Source of the DNA: Eledone cirrhosa
Lineage: Eukaryota
NCBI GenBank assembly: GCA_964016885.1
Contig: OZ024741.1
Coordinates: 394,816,001-394,880,000, forward strand
Direction: 5' to 3'
DNA length: 64,000 nt
The position numbers were made by a program, and so were the translations under genes. Below are positions 40,241 to 53,719 of the stretch, piece by piece (positions within the stretch are counted from its first letter, which is position 1; each line of letters begins with the position of its first letter). The notes beneath the pieces were generated by a model that had not been told where the DNA came from, made no database searches, and saw nothing but the letters and a program-made list of their open reading frames with translations.

Positions 40241-40559
40241 TAGTTCACACTAGAAACATCAACAAAATGCCAAATGGAGAGTAAACTGGATAGACAGGTG
40301 CAGTAAGATTATTCAAGGTGACCACATTTCATTTTACATCAACCATTTGGACAGCAAATCTGAAATGCAAACATACAATTATTAAGAGCAATAATATTTA
40401 TTGACTCCAGAAAAGATATTTTAAAGAAATATCACTAGAATATAAATTGCTGCAAAAATTAGCAATTCACTGTATAAGATATTTGTTCTCATTTAGAAAC
40501 AATCCAAAATAAAAAAATAATGCTTTCATGCACCAGCTGAAATACTGGAAGTTGAAACA

Positions 40560-41060
40560 CTACTCCTATAGCTTTTAGTATCGAAAACCTTGCAAGTACC
40601 TGAACTGATTGCCACTGGAATAGACATGTCATCAATTTAAAAACACAAATATACCATGACACTCAATCTTATTTTAGTTCTTATAGTATTGTACACTGCA
40701 GAACCTTCCACAACAGGTTCAGTGAAATGCGGTCATGAAACATACATGAAGCATACACCTCTTGGTAATACTCACACAATTCATCAAAGACCTGCCACAG
40801 TGTAAATATTTGTTCGGTTGTGCTGCGTCTGAGGCAAAAACCACACTGTTCATCAGCTAGCTTGGACTTAACAATATCCCTACATCTCTTTGACATAGGC
40901 AGGAGACCCAGGAATAGACCCCAAACAAGATAGTTGGGGGTCCAGCTGGATCAATTGGAGATGGTTGTTTCTGACAGGACCTGCTGGAAGACGTGCATGA
41001 AGACTCAGCCCCAACAAACTTCCCAGGAATAAGTGGGTAAAGAAGAAGAAAAAGTACAGT
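40560..41060 (-). mobile_element. Old RTE-like RT fragment
   Basis: LADEQCGF..RSTTEQIFTLWQV. Confidence 0.65.
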
Positions 41061-41734
41061 ATAGATAATTCTACAGCTATCAATAAGAACCACAAACCTG
41101 TAAACCACAAGCAATGTAAATGACCAATGTGATTTAAAAATTTGATTGCAAAGATGAAAATTGTAAACTTCAGAACTCTAATGGTTATATTGGCTATACA
41201 AGTATGACACTTTCCAGCCAGTTTACCATACATCAATAAGGTGTAATTGCAAAACATTACATCACATAAGATAAATCCAAATTAAATAGGGAGACATAAG
41301 TTAACAACACATCTAACATATACAGAATTCCCTGCAAAAATAGATGATTAATGATGAAAATGATACTAATAACATAATACAACAGTGCTCTAGCTTGGCC
41401 ATATTTTAAGAAGAGCAGTAATTCTAAATAAGGACTGACTCATATCATAACATCCTATCCAACCCATGCCGGAATGGAAAGATGATGTAAATTGAAGATA
41501 ATGATGAATAATCTCATTTTTGCAACTATACTTATTCCTACAAGGCTTCTAGAAAATGTACAAAGCACAACTCAAATAGGTTAATCACAGTCTGATTAAC
41601 AACATTAAGTATGGGAAATGCTTCTAGTCATGCAAACATTTTCAGAACATTCTGGGTGGGCACTTTAATTTGTAATAATTCAAAGGCAGAATTTTAGAAT
41701 AAGTATATCACCATAAGTTTTTCTAAATATGAGG

Positions 41735-42060
41735 GTGCACCATTGAAAAGTAGGGGCCCTATCAGATAGTACCATTGCAGCACTTATCAAAGAGGATTTC
41801 TCTAACTCACACTCCATCAACCAGGCCAAAGAGGGCAAACTGTCAAAGTATCAGCTGCTCTCTGATGGGTTTGTGGTTGAGCCTGTAGCAGTGGAGATTT
41901 CAGGAGTTCTTGGCCCCTGGACCACATCCCTACTCACTGCTATCAGGGTGGAGTTGGCTACCCACAAGTAAAAACCAGATAAGTTGGAGCGGTTATTCCC
42001 GTGCATCTACCTTGCTATCCTCCAAGGCAATGTCTTCATTCTGTCCACTGGGACCACGAG
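41735..42060 (+). mobile_element. CRE-clade non-LTR fragment (restriction-like endonuclease C-terminus)
   Basis: KEGKLSKYQLLSDGFVVEPVAVEISGVLGP...LAILQGN matches the recalled K..KY..L..PVAVET.G..G..AIQRGN pattern. Confidence 0.6.
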
Positions 42061-43879
42061 GTAGACTAACCTTTCAACAGTTTTCACTATATCGTTTAAA
42101 AATCTTGATATTGCCTTCTTACTATCTAAGACATGATCACTGCACATGGTCTCATATTCAGAGCTAGCTAGTTCTCTATTATCTTCATCCAACCTCATTT
42201 ATCCATTCTCTTCTCACAAGAATGCCAACTCCCTAGAATTCCTGCGTCCCTACGTTTTTTCTTGTGGTCATTGATTTAGAAATCAAGCTAAATATCAACC
42301 ATATTCATATCAGTATCGTCATCATCATTCAGCGCCTATTTTCCCTGCTTGCATGGATTAGACGTGTGTTGTCACGTTATGAGACAAGTCAGGTCAGGTG
42401 ACCACGTTTTGCTCATACAAATCAGTATTTGGTTTCTACAGCTGGATGCCAATGTGATTGGTGTTATGAAGGAACATATAAAGGAGAAAATGAAGCAATG
42501 TACACAAAAGATTTCTCGTAAAAAGAAAATCTAGGGGAAAAATCTGGAAAACTAATCAGATTGTGAAAACTATCATCAAGCAAATCATAAGTGCACATAT
42601 GTGAATTTCTGAATTATACGAAGAAATGAAATAAAAAAGGTAAGTCAAACAACATGCAGAAAAGGCTCCTTGACAAAATTAAAAATACATAAATAAGTAA
42701 AACCTGGAAAGCCAATCAAATTGCGAAAGCAAAGAAAATGAACAAACCAGCTAAGAAATAATTAAGACAATGGAGATGCTAATAGGTTTAAAACACTAAT
42801 CATGTCTGCAACGAAGACTAATCAGGAGTGCCAAAAAGAATAGGCACACATTAAAAAAAATGAAAAATTATGTTATATAGATACTTAGATCTCGTGGTTG
42901 TAACTGAATTAGGGGAATAACAGGAAAAGGTGAAAGGATTACATCAGAGAATTGGTAGGCACGAACCATACCAACTTACAATAAATAGTAGAAAACTGTA
43001 CACATTTCCAAATAGTGGTGAAAAAAGTCTACCACTGAGCTAAAGAAGTGCTGATAATGAAGCAATATTTATCCTTTCTTAGTTCTTGAGATACTAAACT
43101 AGATAAGAGATAGGTTCGATATCAAAACTGACAGCAGAATTAGACGATCGAACCATTTAAGTAGGTGTTCTCTCATCGAGTGACAAACGGCTATGTAAAT
43201 AAAAGAGTGTTTAAATAAGAGAAATTAAGCAGCGATACGAGAAACAGCATAATCTACCAATATAGCAAATTAATATACTCAATAAAACAGAATAACATGG
43301 ATAATACAAATCTCATCTACAACTATATTTTATACAGGGTTGTCTCCCTGAAGTACAAAAGTGCGCTATAATTATGAGAACTTCAACAAAAAAGAAGCTA
43401 CCGTTTACATTAGTGCTCAACTAATAGGAAAGGAACTTTGGATTTTAGAACAATTTTTAAATATATTTTTAAAATAGTTATATATACCATGAATTTGAAA
43501 GTCATGTTGTGAAAAATACGTGTAAGATGGAGTGAAAAGGTATTATTCTCTAGAACCGTTGTAGCAGGAAGCCGCTGCACATTATATTAGCCCAACTAAG
43601 AAGAACTTGTAAATTTACTAACTGGATCGAATAACATAAGCATGCATTTGGGGTTCCCGTCTACTGTTTATTGCATAAATCCAATAAAAGAGGGATTGCA
43701 AACAGTTAAAGAAAAATAAATAGAAATTAACTATTTGATGCAGATGTGCTTTTGAGAATCATAAATTATTGGGAATAAAATAACACATGTTAAGTTATTT
43801 AGACATTTGGGGGAAAAGAATTTTAAAAATCGATACTTACATTGGGAGATACTGTACAACAAAGGGAAACAAAAACAAA

Positions 43880-43990
43880 TCGGTAAAAATTGTGCTTCAA
43901 CTTAAACGTCACTTCCTACAGTGTAGACTACTTCCGGCCCTACTACTTTACACGGAGAAGTTGACTAAATACCACGAGGAATCAGCTAAT
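43880..43990. promoter_or_regulatory. Candidate promoter region
   Basis: acgtcacttcc and acttccgg (CRE half-site and ETS-like motifs) within a ~1.7-kb stretch lacking recognisable repeats, upstream of the LNX exon. Confidence 0.3.
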
Positions 43991-44335
43991 CTGTGTTATG
44001 TATACACCACTTTACTGTATCTCATTACTAAGTTATTTTATAATAATAATTTATAGAGGATTAAGGTGACTGGGTTAATTGAATTGCTGCATTTATTTTT
44101 TTACTTCTAGTTTCAGAATACAACACACTCCCGGATCAGTAAAATAAATACGATTAACCACTTCCAGTTTATTGATTCTGTATCTGGATAAGCATTGATT
44201 GACCAATTTATTCGAGAGCCGTTGCAGACTGAATTAATAGTGTGTCGACTTTTGATAAGAATTAGAATTTATACCATTACTGATACTGTGCTCTATTTGA
44301 TACTAGATATTTGATACCGCCTAGATAAATAATAA

Positions 44336-44512
44336 TTGTTTCTACTTTTGGCACAAGGCCAGCCAAACCCAGTGTATTACCAAAACTTTATTTTATCGAC
44401 CCCGTAAGGATGAAAGGCAAAGTTAACCTCGGCCGGATTTGAACTCAGATCATAAAGGGACGTAACTCTATGCTTCAAAGCATGTGTCCGACTCTCTACC
44501 GATACTGGTAAT
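44336..44512 (-). mobile_element. tRNA-derived SINE (OK/OR-like)
   Basis: Homologous to 30800-30975. Confidence 0.85.
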
Positions 44513-44519
44513 CCATAAT

Positions 44520-47345
44520 CACAAAGGTTGATACAAAGCGTAGCATTAAGGACATCGCATGATGGTACAAGTGGGCGTTTCTACTAGTAAAAACAAAGGA
44601 TGTAACAAAAAAATGAAACAGGAAAATTCCCCGAGAAAGCCCACAAAAAAAGCCACTGTAACCCTGACCAACAGAGCAAGTGCCTTCTCCCAGTTTTCCA
44701 CCTCTAATTTACAGGTGCATACTCAGAGCAAGTCCATTCACACGGGCCATGCTTGCCTCTCTCACCTAATTTTCTTTTTCAAATGAATTTTGAAAAAGTT
44801 AATCAAGGATTTGCCAAAGAAGTAAGTGCTTTCAAACGTATCCACCATACAACCTCTTTTGCCATGGACACCAGGCACATAAAAACTGCCTGCCCTTCCC
44901 GGCTAAAGCAAGGCGACAAAACAATCTTCATGATGGACTCAGCTGATAGCCGGATCCTTCCTACACACATCAGCAGGTGTTTGACATAAGCCCACAAGTC
45001 AGCAATGCTCGGACGGTTTCATCGCCCTGTGCGTATCTCGGACAGGTCCGGCTGACAGCACTTCCTTGCTTGTAGAGTTTATCCCAGACTGGCAAAGCTC
45101 CTCAGTAGCGCTGCCAGACCAGGGATTTTGGAAAGTTGTTCATGGGCCCCGGCCTGAAAGTTCTGAAGAGATTGGCTAATTGATTTTCATTGATGCCCAG
45201 AGTCTCCCCAAGGATATCGTCGCTCTTGCCTTCCACTAACCCTCTATAGTACACCAAGGTGGAGTTTCCACCAATCGCAGTGCCCAACTGGCTGTGAGCG
45301 CCTGAAGACATTCCAGTCTCCAAGCACTCCCTCTAGGTCTTCACTTGACCCAGGACTGCAGTTCCCTAAAGGAGGCGAGCTGGAAAAAAACGTTTCTAGC
45401 AAACAGCAACCACACCTGTTCACCATCAAGGAAGAGCTTGAGATGCTGTAGCCTCAGCGCATATGTATGCATCATTAGCCATGGTATGCCCAACCCTCCA
45501 CGTAGTAGGTTTTGACAGCAGACGGACCGCCTAACCATTGGGGCACGTCCCTTCCACAAAAGGTGAAAGTGCAGACGCTGCAGTGCAGCCAGGCCAGGCT
45601 TGGGACATGGCACGACAGTCAGGCGATAGTAGACTGATGGATGTGATGTACACGTTCGCCACCTCCACCCGATCTTTCAGAGACAGCTTTCTCTCACCCA
45701 TTTCTGGAGACAGAGGACACCCTACTCATTACCTCATCCCAGTTTTTGTTCTAGCAAATTAACCGTTCAGTCGACTACATGGTCCACTAATCTTGAATTG
45801 TGGACAACCTATGCTAGTGTGGAAGATGGACGTTAAACGATGATGATAATGATCTGGATGACCCGCTGAAGTTTGTCCATGTCCACATTGGCACATTCAG
45901 GAAATCCAGTTGGTATCTGTCAGACAGTTGGAAACATCTGAGTAGGTTTACGAGATCCCATTCCAATCGCCCACTAACATTAAAGAGTGTAACATTTCAA
46001 GAAAGGTCTCCAGGCGCCGGAAGAAGTCAGGCTTTCCTGTCCCTGTCGGGGCGTAGACGGCCACTACTAGCCTGAAAGTGTACCCTTCTCCACTGGTCAC
46101 GTCCAACACCACCAACTTACCTTCTTGGTCCAAGAAGATGCCGGTGGTGTTGGTGGTTGTGGAAGTGGGGCTGCAGTTGATGATGGTGGTGGCGGCATTG
46201 ACGTCTTTATTTTTTTATTGAGGGTAAAGTGTAGGAGCTCTTTCTTTTTTCTCCCTCTGATAGTTTTCCACCCTTCAGCATCATCACACTTGTCCGATTG
46301 TACAATATCAAGAAGGGACATACTCTCCACTAGCCTTGGTGGTGGAGATGGTGTTTCTATTGTTGGGATCGCTGGTGTTGGTAGGTTTGCCGTCACTACG
46401 ACCTCAGATGGTTAGGCCACTCCAGTAGTGGCACACAGTATAGGGAGAAGAGAGGTTGCCCGTCTTGGTTAGTTTTGGGCAGAAGGCCTTGAGGTGCATT
46501 TCATCTCCACACCCGTGACTCCTTGGCCTTCTACCTTCGATAGTCACAGTTAGGTGACCGCCATCATCCAGGTTGATCAGTTCAGGGATGGCCTCTATAT
46601 TTTCATGGTTGAATTGGATGATCAGCTCCATCCTTGAGCCTGACCAGATCTCTCGTTTGATTCGCATGATGTCTAAGATGATGGTCGTTTCTTCAACGTC
46701 AGTGAGGATGGCCGCCACAGCCAAGCGATTTCTACTGAGGGCAGAACCTGGGTCACTCGGACTCCCTCGCTACGGAGTAGCAGCGAACAGAACATCCATG
46801 GTACCATATTTTGTCCCTCAGACTATGTAAGTGTTTTGTGCCCAGACAGCACCCGCAGCCCTTTGGACTTGTGTCTTGGTCGCCCATTCCACGCAGCACG
46901 ATTTGAGTCCAATTGTACGTACACAGACGTCTGTTTTTCATGAAGTCAAGTGGGTGGGCTAGGCTGACCCTGTGTTTGCTCTTCTTGACCAAAAGCTTGT
47001 CCTTCCTCATTCTCCTGTCGTTGAGGTGGATTTATTCTACATTTTTAGTAGCCTTTGCGAAGGATATTGTTTGGGCAGCTCCTGCCTGCTTTAAGGCTCG
47101 TCATTTCTGCTGTTGCTTTTGCTGTTGTAATTGTTGTCCATGTTGCCATTATTGTTGTTACTGTTGCTGTTGTTGGTAGTGGTGTTTGTAGTGCAGCGGT
47201 GGTGGTAGTGTCTGTACAAGTGTTAGTCGGTGTGATGGAGGAGGTGGCATAATTTGTTTTCAGCTCTACATCTGACATACCGAAAAGACGCACTTTTCTC
47301 GTGCAAAATTTTTGTGCTTTGGCACATGGAAGGTGAGGGGTGTTT
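44520..47345 (-). mobile_element. Tx1/L1-clade non-LTR element, internally deleted
   Basis: ORF1 with a degenerate CCHC knuckle (RPRSHGCGDEMHLKAFCP). APE (VAVYAPTG..LVGDWN). Post-RT LWKG..GGLGIP. RT core missing. Confidence 0.82.
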
Positions 47346-47576
47346 TACTTCCATATTTCTTTAGGAAATTTTGAAAATATGGGGTGGTTTTCAAAGAAGA
47401 AAATACAATATTTGGAGCAAATACCCAAATATTATGGAGTCACCTTCCTTGAGGATCAAGTCAGACACTCCATAAACTTACCAAAAAAACGCTATAAACA
47501 ACTGAAAAGCACAAACTTACACAAGCCGATATGAACATAGTCATTCAAAACAAATGGCAATAATAATGATAATAAT

Positions 47577-47755
47577 GTTTCTACTTTTGGCAGAAGGCTA
47601 GCAATTACCCAGTACATTACTGATACTTTATTTTATCAACCCTGTAAGGATGAAAGGCAAAGCTAACCTCGGAGGATTTGAATTCAGAACTTAAAGGGCC
47701 AGAACTCTATGTTGCAAAGCATGTTTTCTGGTGCTCTAACGACTCTGACAATCCA
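47577..47755 (-). mobile_element. tRNA-derived SINE (OK/OR-like)
   Basis: Homologous to 30800-30975. Confidence 0.8.
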
Positions 47756-47849
47756 CAGCTCATAATAATAATAACCCTTGCTTCATTAGTGACCAGAACT
47801 TAAATAATGCAACTTAAACAACAATAATATTAGTATAATAGATAATGAT

Positions 47850-50800
47850 ATAAGAAAAATTTTAAATACCTCAGCAAGAAAATGGCAAAAAAGAACTGAA
47901 ATGAGAGAAGAAGAAAGAGAAATTCAGAGAGCAAGAAATCGAGAGTATCAAAGACAAAGACGGGAAAAGCTCTCAATTCAAAGAAGAAATGAAATTAGAG
48001 AAGAAAACAGATTGGTTCACCAAGAGTTGAGAGAAAACTTGACATAAGCTAAAAGGGATGGAATAAGAGAGGAAAATAGAATTTCTCACATTGAAGCAAG
48101 AAATTCTCAGACTAACGAGGAAAAAGAAATTGTAACACAAGTGAGAATATTAAGATATGCTGAATTACATAGTTCTGTTAAATCATTTACAAATGCAGTA
48201 TTTGAATATGATCCAAGTAAAAATTATGATAATCTACCAAATATAGAAACAATGTCAGTAGTAAGTATTGTTGTGCAAAACTATTTAAGGATGAACCTAA
48301 GGGATTATATTGTTATATTGAATTTGATTGAAAGACCACTTCTTAAAAAAATATCAAAAAATATAATGAATGTAGGCACCTTAAAGGGTCACTCTAACGA
48401 GGTTGTAGAAATGCTTGAACGTAAGGAGGTCGATGTTTGTTGTATTCAAGAGACCAGGTGGAGGGGTGGGTCTGCTAGATTCATTGTGGGTAAAAAACGA
48501 TGCTATAAGCTTTTCTGGGTGGAGTAGGAATCATGGTAGCAGAAAAGTGGGCAGGTAAGATAAAAGACGTAAATAGAGTGAACGACAGAATAATTAAAAT
48601 AAGACTTGTCCTCAATAGAACTACGGTGACAGTAATATCTGCGTACGCACCCCAATCCGGACTGCCCGGCACTATAAAAGACAGATTCTATGAGACACTG
48701 ATGCTCACTACCTCCCAAATAACCGACAGTGACTACATAATTATTGCTGGCGACCTAAATGGTCATGTTGGACAACATTGTGATGGCTATGACGGAATCC
48801 ATGGAGGCTATGGGTTTGGTACTAGAAATGAGGAAGGCTCCAGAATCCTGGAATTCTGTGACGCAAATAACCTAACTATCTGTAACACTAACTTCAAAAA
48901 ACGTGACAATCACCTGATCACCTATAGATCGGGGGAACACACAAGCCAAGTAGATTATATCCTTACCAGAAGGCGTGACAGAGTGTCTGTTGTAAACACT
49001 AAATCCCTCCCCCATGAAGAATGCACCTCCCAACATAGACTGATAATTAGCGACCTAATAGTCAGGACGAGACGTACTAGACAGCAGAAGAGGACTATCC
49101 TCAGGAGAAAAATATGGAAGCTAAAGGACCCCACAGCCAGAAATAAATTTAAAAGCATACTACTTGATGCTTTCGACAGTAAGGAAGAGCAATTAGAGTC
49201 GTACAATATAGAGGAACAGTGGGAATTCCTGAAAGCAAACCTGCTGATGGCGGCAGACGAAGTCTGTGGCTGGAGCAGGCCTGTAGGCAGGAGGAGAGTA
49301 ACATGGTGGTGGAACAGTAAGGTGGAGGGGTCAATTAAGGCCAAAAAGCAGGCTTGGAAAGTATGGCGGGATGGGGGAAGTAGAGAAGACTATCAAGTGG
49401 CCAGGAGGGAAGCTAGGAGACAAGTGTACTTCGCAAGAAGGGAAGCAGAGGAAAGAAAGTTCAAGCATGTTCTACAACGCGAGGACCAAAAACGTGAGGT
49501 GTTCAGGATTGCTAGGCAATGTGTCAAGGAAAACCGTGATATTGTCGGGGAGAAGTGTGTACTTAATGATGACGGCGTACTTGCCATCACTGACGCTGAT
49601 AAGAAGGTAGCTTGGAAGTGTCACTACGAAAGGCTACTAAATGAGGAGAATAAATGGGAGAAAGACAGTCTTCCCACATCGACCCAATAGAGGGACCAGC
49701 AGTGTTAGTCGAGGGTAGTATAATAAGTAAGGCAATCAAAGATATGAAGACGGGTAAGGCGGCTGGGCCTTCGGAAATAGTTGCTGAGATGCTGAAGGCA
49801 TCTGGAACGGTGGGACACACCATGGTCACCCGGATAGTTAACCAAGTCGTACAGAATGGGGTTGTTCCGAAGGACTGGCGTAGCAGCATCATCGTTAACT
49901 GTTATAAGGGTAAAGGAGATGCCCTAGATAGGAGTAACTATAGAGGCATTAAATTAATCGACCAGGTCATGAAGGTCACGGAAAAAGTAATAGCGCAACT
50001 AATCAGAGAGAGAATTGATCTAGATGAAATGCAGTTCGGGTTTGTGTCAGGCAAAAGTACCACAGACGCTCTTTTCATTGTACGACAACTACAGGAGAAG
50101 TACCTAGCTAAAAGTAAACCCCTATACTTAGCTTTTGTCGACTTGGAGAAAGCCTTCGACAGAGTCCCCCGTTCCATTATCTGGTGGGCTCTTAGAAAAC
50201 TAGGTGTTGACGAATGGCTTGTCAGAGCTATACAAGCCATGTATAAAGAAACAGTCAGCAAGGTTAGAATTAACAACGAATATAGTGAAGAGTTTAGCGT
50301 AAAAGTTGGCGTCCATCAGGGCTCTGTTCTCAGCCCCTACTATTTATTATTGCCCTTCAGGCTATAACAGAGGAGTTCAAGACCGGCTGCCCATGGGAAC
50401 TCCTATACGCAGATGACCTAACCATCATAGCTGAATCAATGGCTGAGCTAGAGAAGAAATTCCAAACATGGAAGCACGGCCTAGAGTCAAAAGGCCTTAA
50501 AATTAACCTGGCTAAGACTAAAGTTCTAGTTTGTAAGAAAGAAAATAAGGCGGCGGTCCCTTCCGGGAAGTGGCCATGCTCAGTGTGTAGGAAAGGCGTA
50601 GGTAGAAACTCCATTTTGTGTCCCAAATGCAAAGTATGGGTGCATAAAAGATGTAGTGGGATCACAGGTAAGCTAACTAAGAACATAGATTTTACATGTG
50701 GCCGGTGCTCTGGTGCAATAAGTAGCAGCAAGTGCCCACAAAATACTAGCTCTTTCAACTGCGCAGAGGGTTCTATAGAAATAGTGGACAGCTTCCGTTA

Positions 50801-53700
50801 CCTGGGCGACAAAATCAGCAGTGGGGGAGGGTGCTCTGAAAGTACAGTAGCTAGAGTCAGAACTGGATGGAAAAAGTTCAGAGAGCTTATACCACTATTA
50901 GCCGCTAAAGGGTTCTCCCTAAAGATGAAAGGCAGGTTGTATGATGCCTGCATACGAACAGCAATGTTGCATGGCAGTGAGACCTGGGCATTGTTTGCAG
51001 AGGATATACGCAGACTAGAGAGGAACGAAGCTTGCATGCTCCGCTGGATGTGTAATAGTAATATACATGAACGGCAAAGCATAAACGAACTAAGGAAAAA
51101 ATTAGAAATAAGAGGGATCAGATGTTGTTTACTCGAGAGAAGACTACGTTGGTATGGTCACGTGATGCGCATGAAAGACGATAGCTGTATAACAAAGTGC
51201 AGGGCAATAAAGATAGACGGTAGCCACGGAGTAGGCAGACCCAGAAAAACCTGGGACGAGCTGATTAATTCCGACCTCACATGCTTACACCTCTCCAAGA
51301 CAATGTCACTGGACCGAGACCTTTGGCGGTACTGAGTAATAGAGAAGACCTGCCTTACCTAAATACAAAGTAAAATCTACTACAGTCAGTAGGCATCTCT
51401 AACAAAATACACCCGCGTCCCACCACCCCCACCCCATCCACACCGCCCCTTTCAATGTAAAGTTATGTTGGTGCCACAACATCCAGGCCAAAACAAATGA
51501 GATCGTGTAGGTGTCACGACAAAAAAACACACAGTCCACGCTGTAATGTGGCCGTGTAGGCAACACGGTAAAAACCTCCCTGCCCCACACTGTAAATGTG
51601 GTTGGTGTTAGGAAGGGCATCCAGCAGTAGAAAACCCGCCAGACAGTCCATGCTGTAATGTGGCCGTGTAGGCAACACGGTAAAAACCTCCCAGCCCCAC
51701 ACTGTAAATGTGGTTGGTGTTAGGAAGGGCATCCAGCTGTAGAAAACCCGCCAGACAGTCCTATGCGAGCAAGACAATCACTCTTGCCTCAAGTGGTAAA
51801 TACCCCTGTCCAAACCCATGCAAGCGTGGAAGATGGACGTTAAACGTGATGATGATGATAATGAATTGTTTTCAATGACATCCTTTGGAGTCGATGAATC
51901 AATATCTCTGCCGGGATTCATTCCAGTTTTTAAAATACAAGGTCAAATTTATCACAGAATAAGTTCATTGTATAATACAGTTGATAATATTCCTAAATAT
52001 GCTCAAGTTTTCTTTTTTGATGATTTAAATGATGAAATTAATATCAGAAATAGTAGATTTTCTGAAACACACTTACACGCTATGAGACATTCAAGAGATG
52101 CTTTTCGAAAATAGTGAGCTTAAAATTCAAAATATGGCATCTTTAGTTAACAATCCTAATCTTAAATTGTCAATTTGTGCAGATAGAGTACCAGCTGGTG
52201 AGCATGCACGAAGGTACAATGACCGAGTATCTAACGATGTGGGATTAGTAATGGTTGGAACTGATTTTCCATAAAGAGACATCATTTTTACTCAAAGATA
52301 ATATTGTAAAGAAAATCAATGAATTACATAGATCCTATGATCTATTACAATATCCTTTGATTCATTGGAGAGGAAATGATGGCTATTCATTGGATTTACC
52401 TTTATACAACCCAAATACAAATCAAACAGTCCCAAATAAGAAGTCACATGTAGGTAAGATTATGCATATCATTTACAAGAAAGTAACAGATGGAATCAAA
52501 TTCTAAGATGTAAATGATTGTTCCAAATGTATTTAGTTGATATATATGCCAAAATTGAATTTGAACGACTATTGTACATTAAAAAGCACCAAACCAAGCT
52601 AAGGGTTGAAGAGTATTTGCTTTTAAAAGATGCTTTAAACAATGAAGGCTTACTCAATGCACAAGAAACTTTTCCTTTTACTTGTGCTGGAAGTCCAAGA
52701 TATTGGAAGGAAAGAACTCAAGATGAAATGGGTTATGGGAGAGAATACTGTAGGCCTGATTTATAACATTCACTTGGAGTCCTAAATGGGAGGTGGAATA
52801 TTTGGCAAAACAAAGGCCTACATATATACAGGAGAACAGCAGAAAAGAGGTTTACCACATGCTCATATCTTATTTCGGTTAGAGCAAACAATTTATCCAA
52901 ACCAATTAAATTCAGTAATCTCTGCAGAAATTCTCAATCCAATTAATGATCCTAATCTTTATGAGATTGTCACTACACAAATTGTTCATGGTCCATGTGG
53001 TTTATTTAATGCACAATGTTCATGTATGAATAATGGAAAATGTGAAAAGAATTACCCCAAAATATTTAATTAATGAAACCAGGACAGATGTCAAAGGATA
53101 TCCATAATATGGACAGAGAAAAACAGAAGATGGAGGAAGAACAGCAACAATAACAAGAAACTCAAAAACATATACAATTGACAATAGGTGGATTGTACCT
53201 TACAATCCATTACCTTTGAAAGCATTTAAAGGTCCCATTAATATTGAACTTTGCTGCTCTGTTCAATCCATTGTATAAAGTACTTCAATAAAAGTAGTGA
53301 TGCTGCTGTTCTAAGAATATGGAATAATGACCAATATAATGAAGTCAATAAGTTTGTAACAAGACATTATCTCAATAGTAATGAGGCTGCATGGAAAATC
53401 CTTCAATTTAATATTCACATGTGATACCCAACTGTTCAACAATTGGATATACATGTAGAAAATGGCCAAAGATTATACTTTACCAGTAATGATATTGAAC
53501 AAAGAATTAGAAATAAAAAAAAATACTACTTTAATTTCATTCTTCAAATTAAACGAAATTGATGAACATGCAAGTTTCTTATGTAAGGATCATTCCATCT
53601 CATTATACTCTTATTTCCAATAAAACATGGAAAAGAAGATTGAATGGTAGATTTGTGCTAACATGTTCTAGAATTTACACTGTACCACCTAATCAAACAG
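47850..53700 (+). mobile_element. Helitron Rep region, degraded, interrupted by an RTE copy
   Basis: SMTSFG..FKIQGQIYH, HRSYDLLQYPL, YLVDIYAKIE.ERL, GSPRY, QKRGLPHAHIL (HUH motif), HGPCG..C.KNYPK, DNRWIVPYNP. Confidence 0.9.
48372..51857 (+). mobile_element. RTE subfamily A, young near-full-length copy with a 9-bp TSD
   Basis: ORFs 48533-49690, 49654-50367 and 50439-51335 separated by frameshifts. ataatgaat at 48363-48371 and 51858-51866. Confidence 0.96.
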
Positions 53701-53719
53701 AATGTTGTCGTCTCAGATT

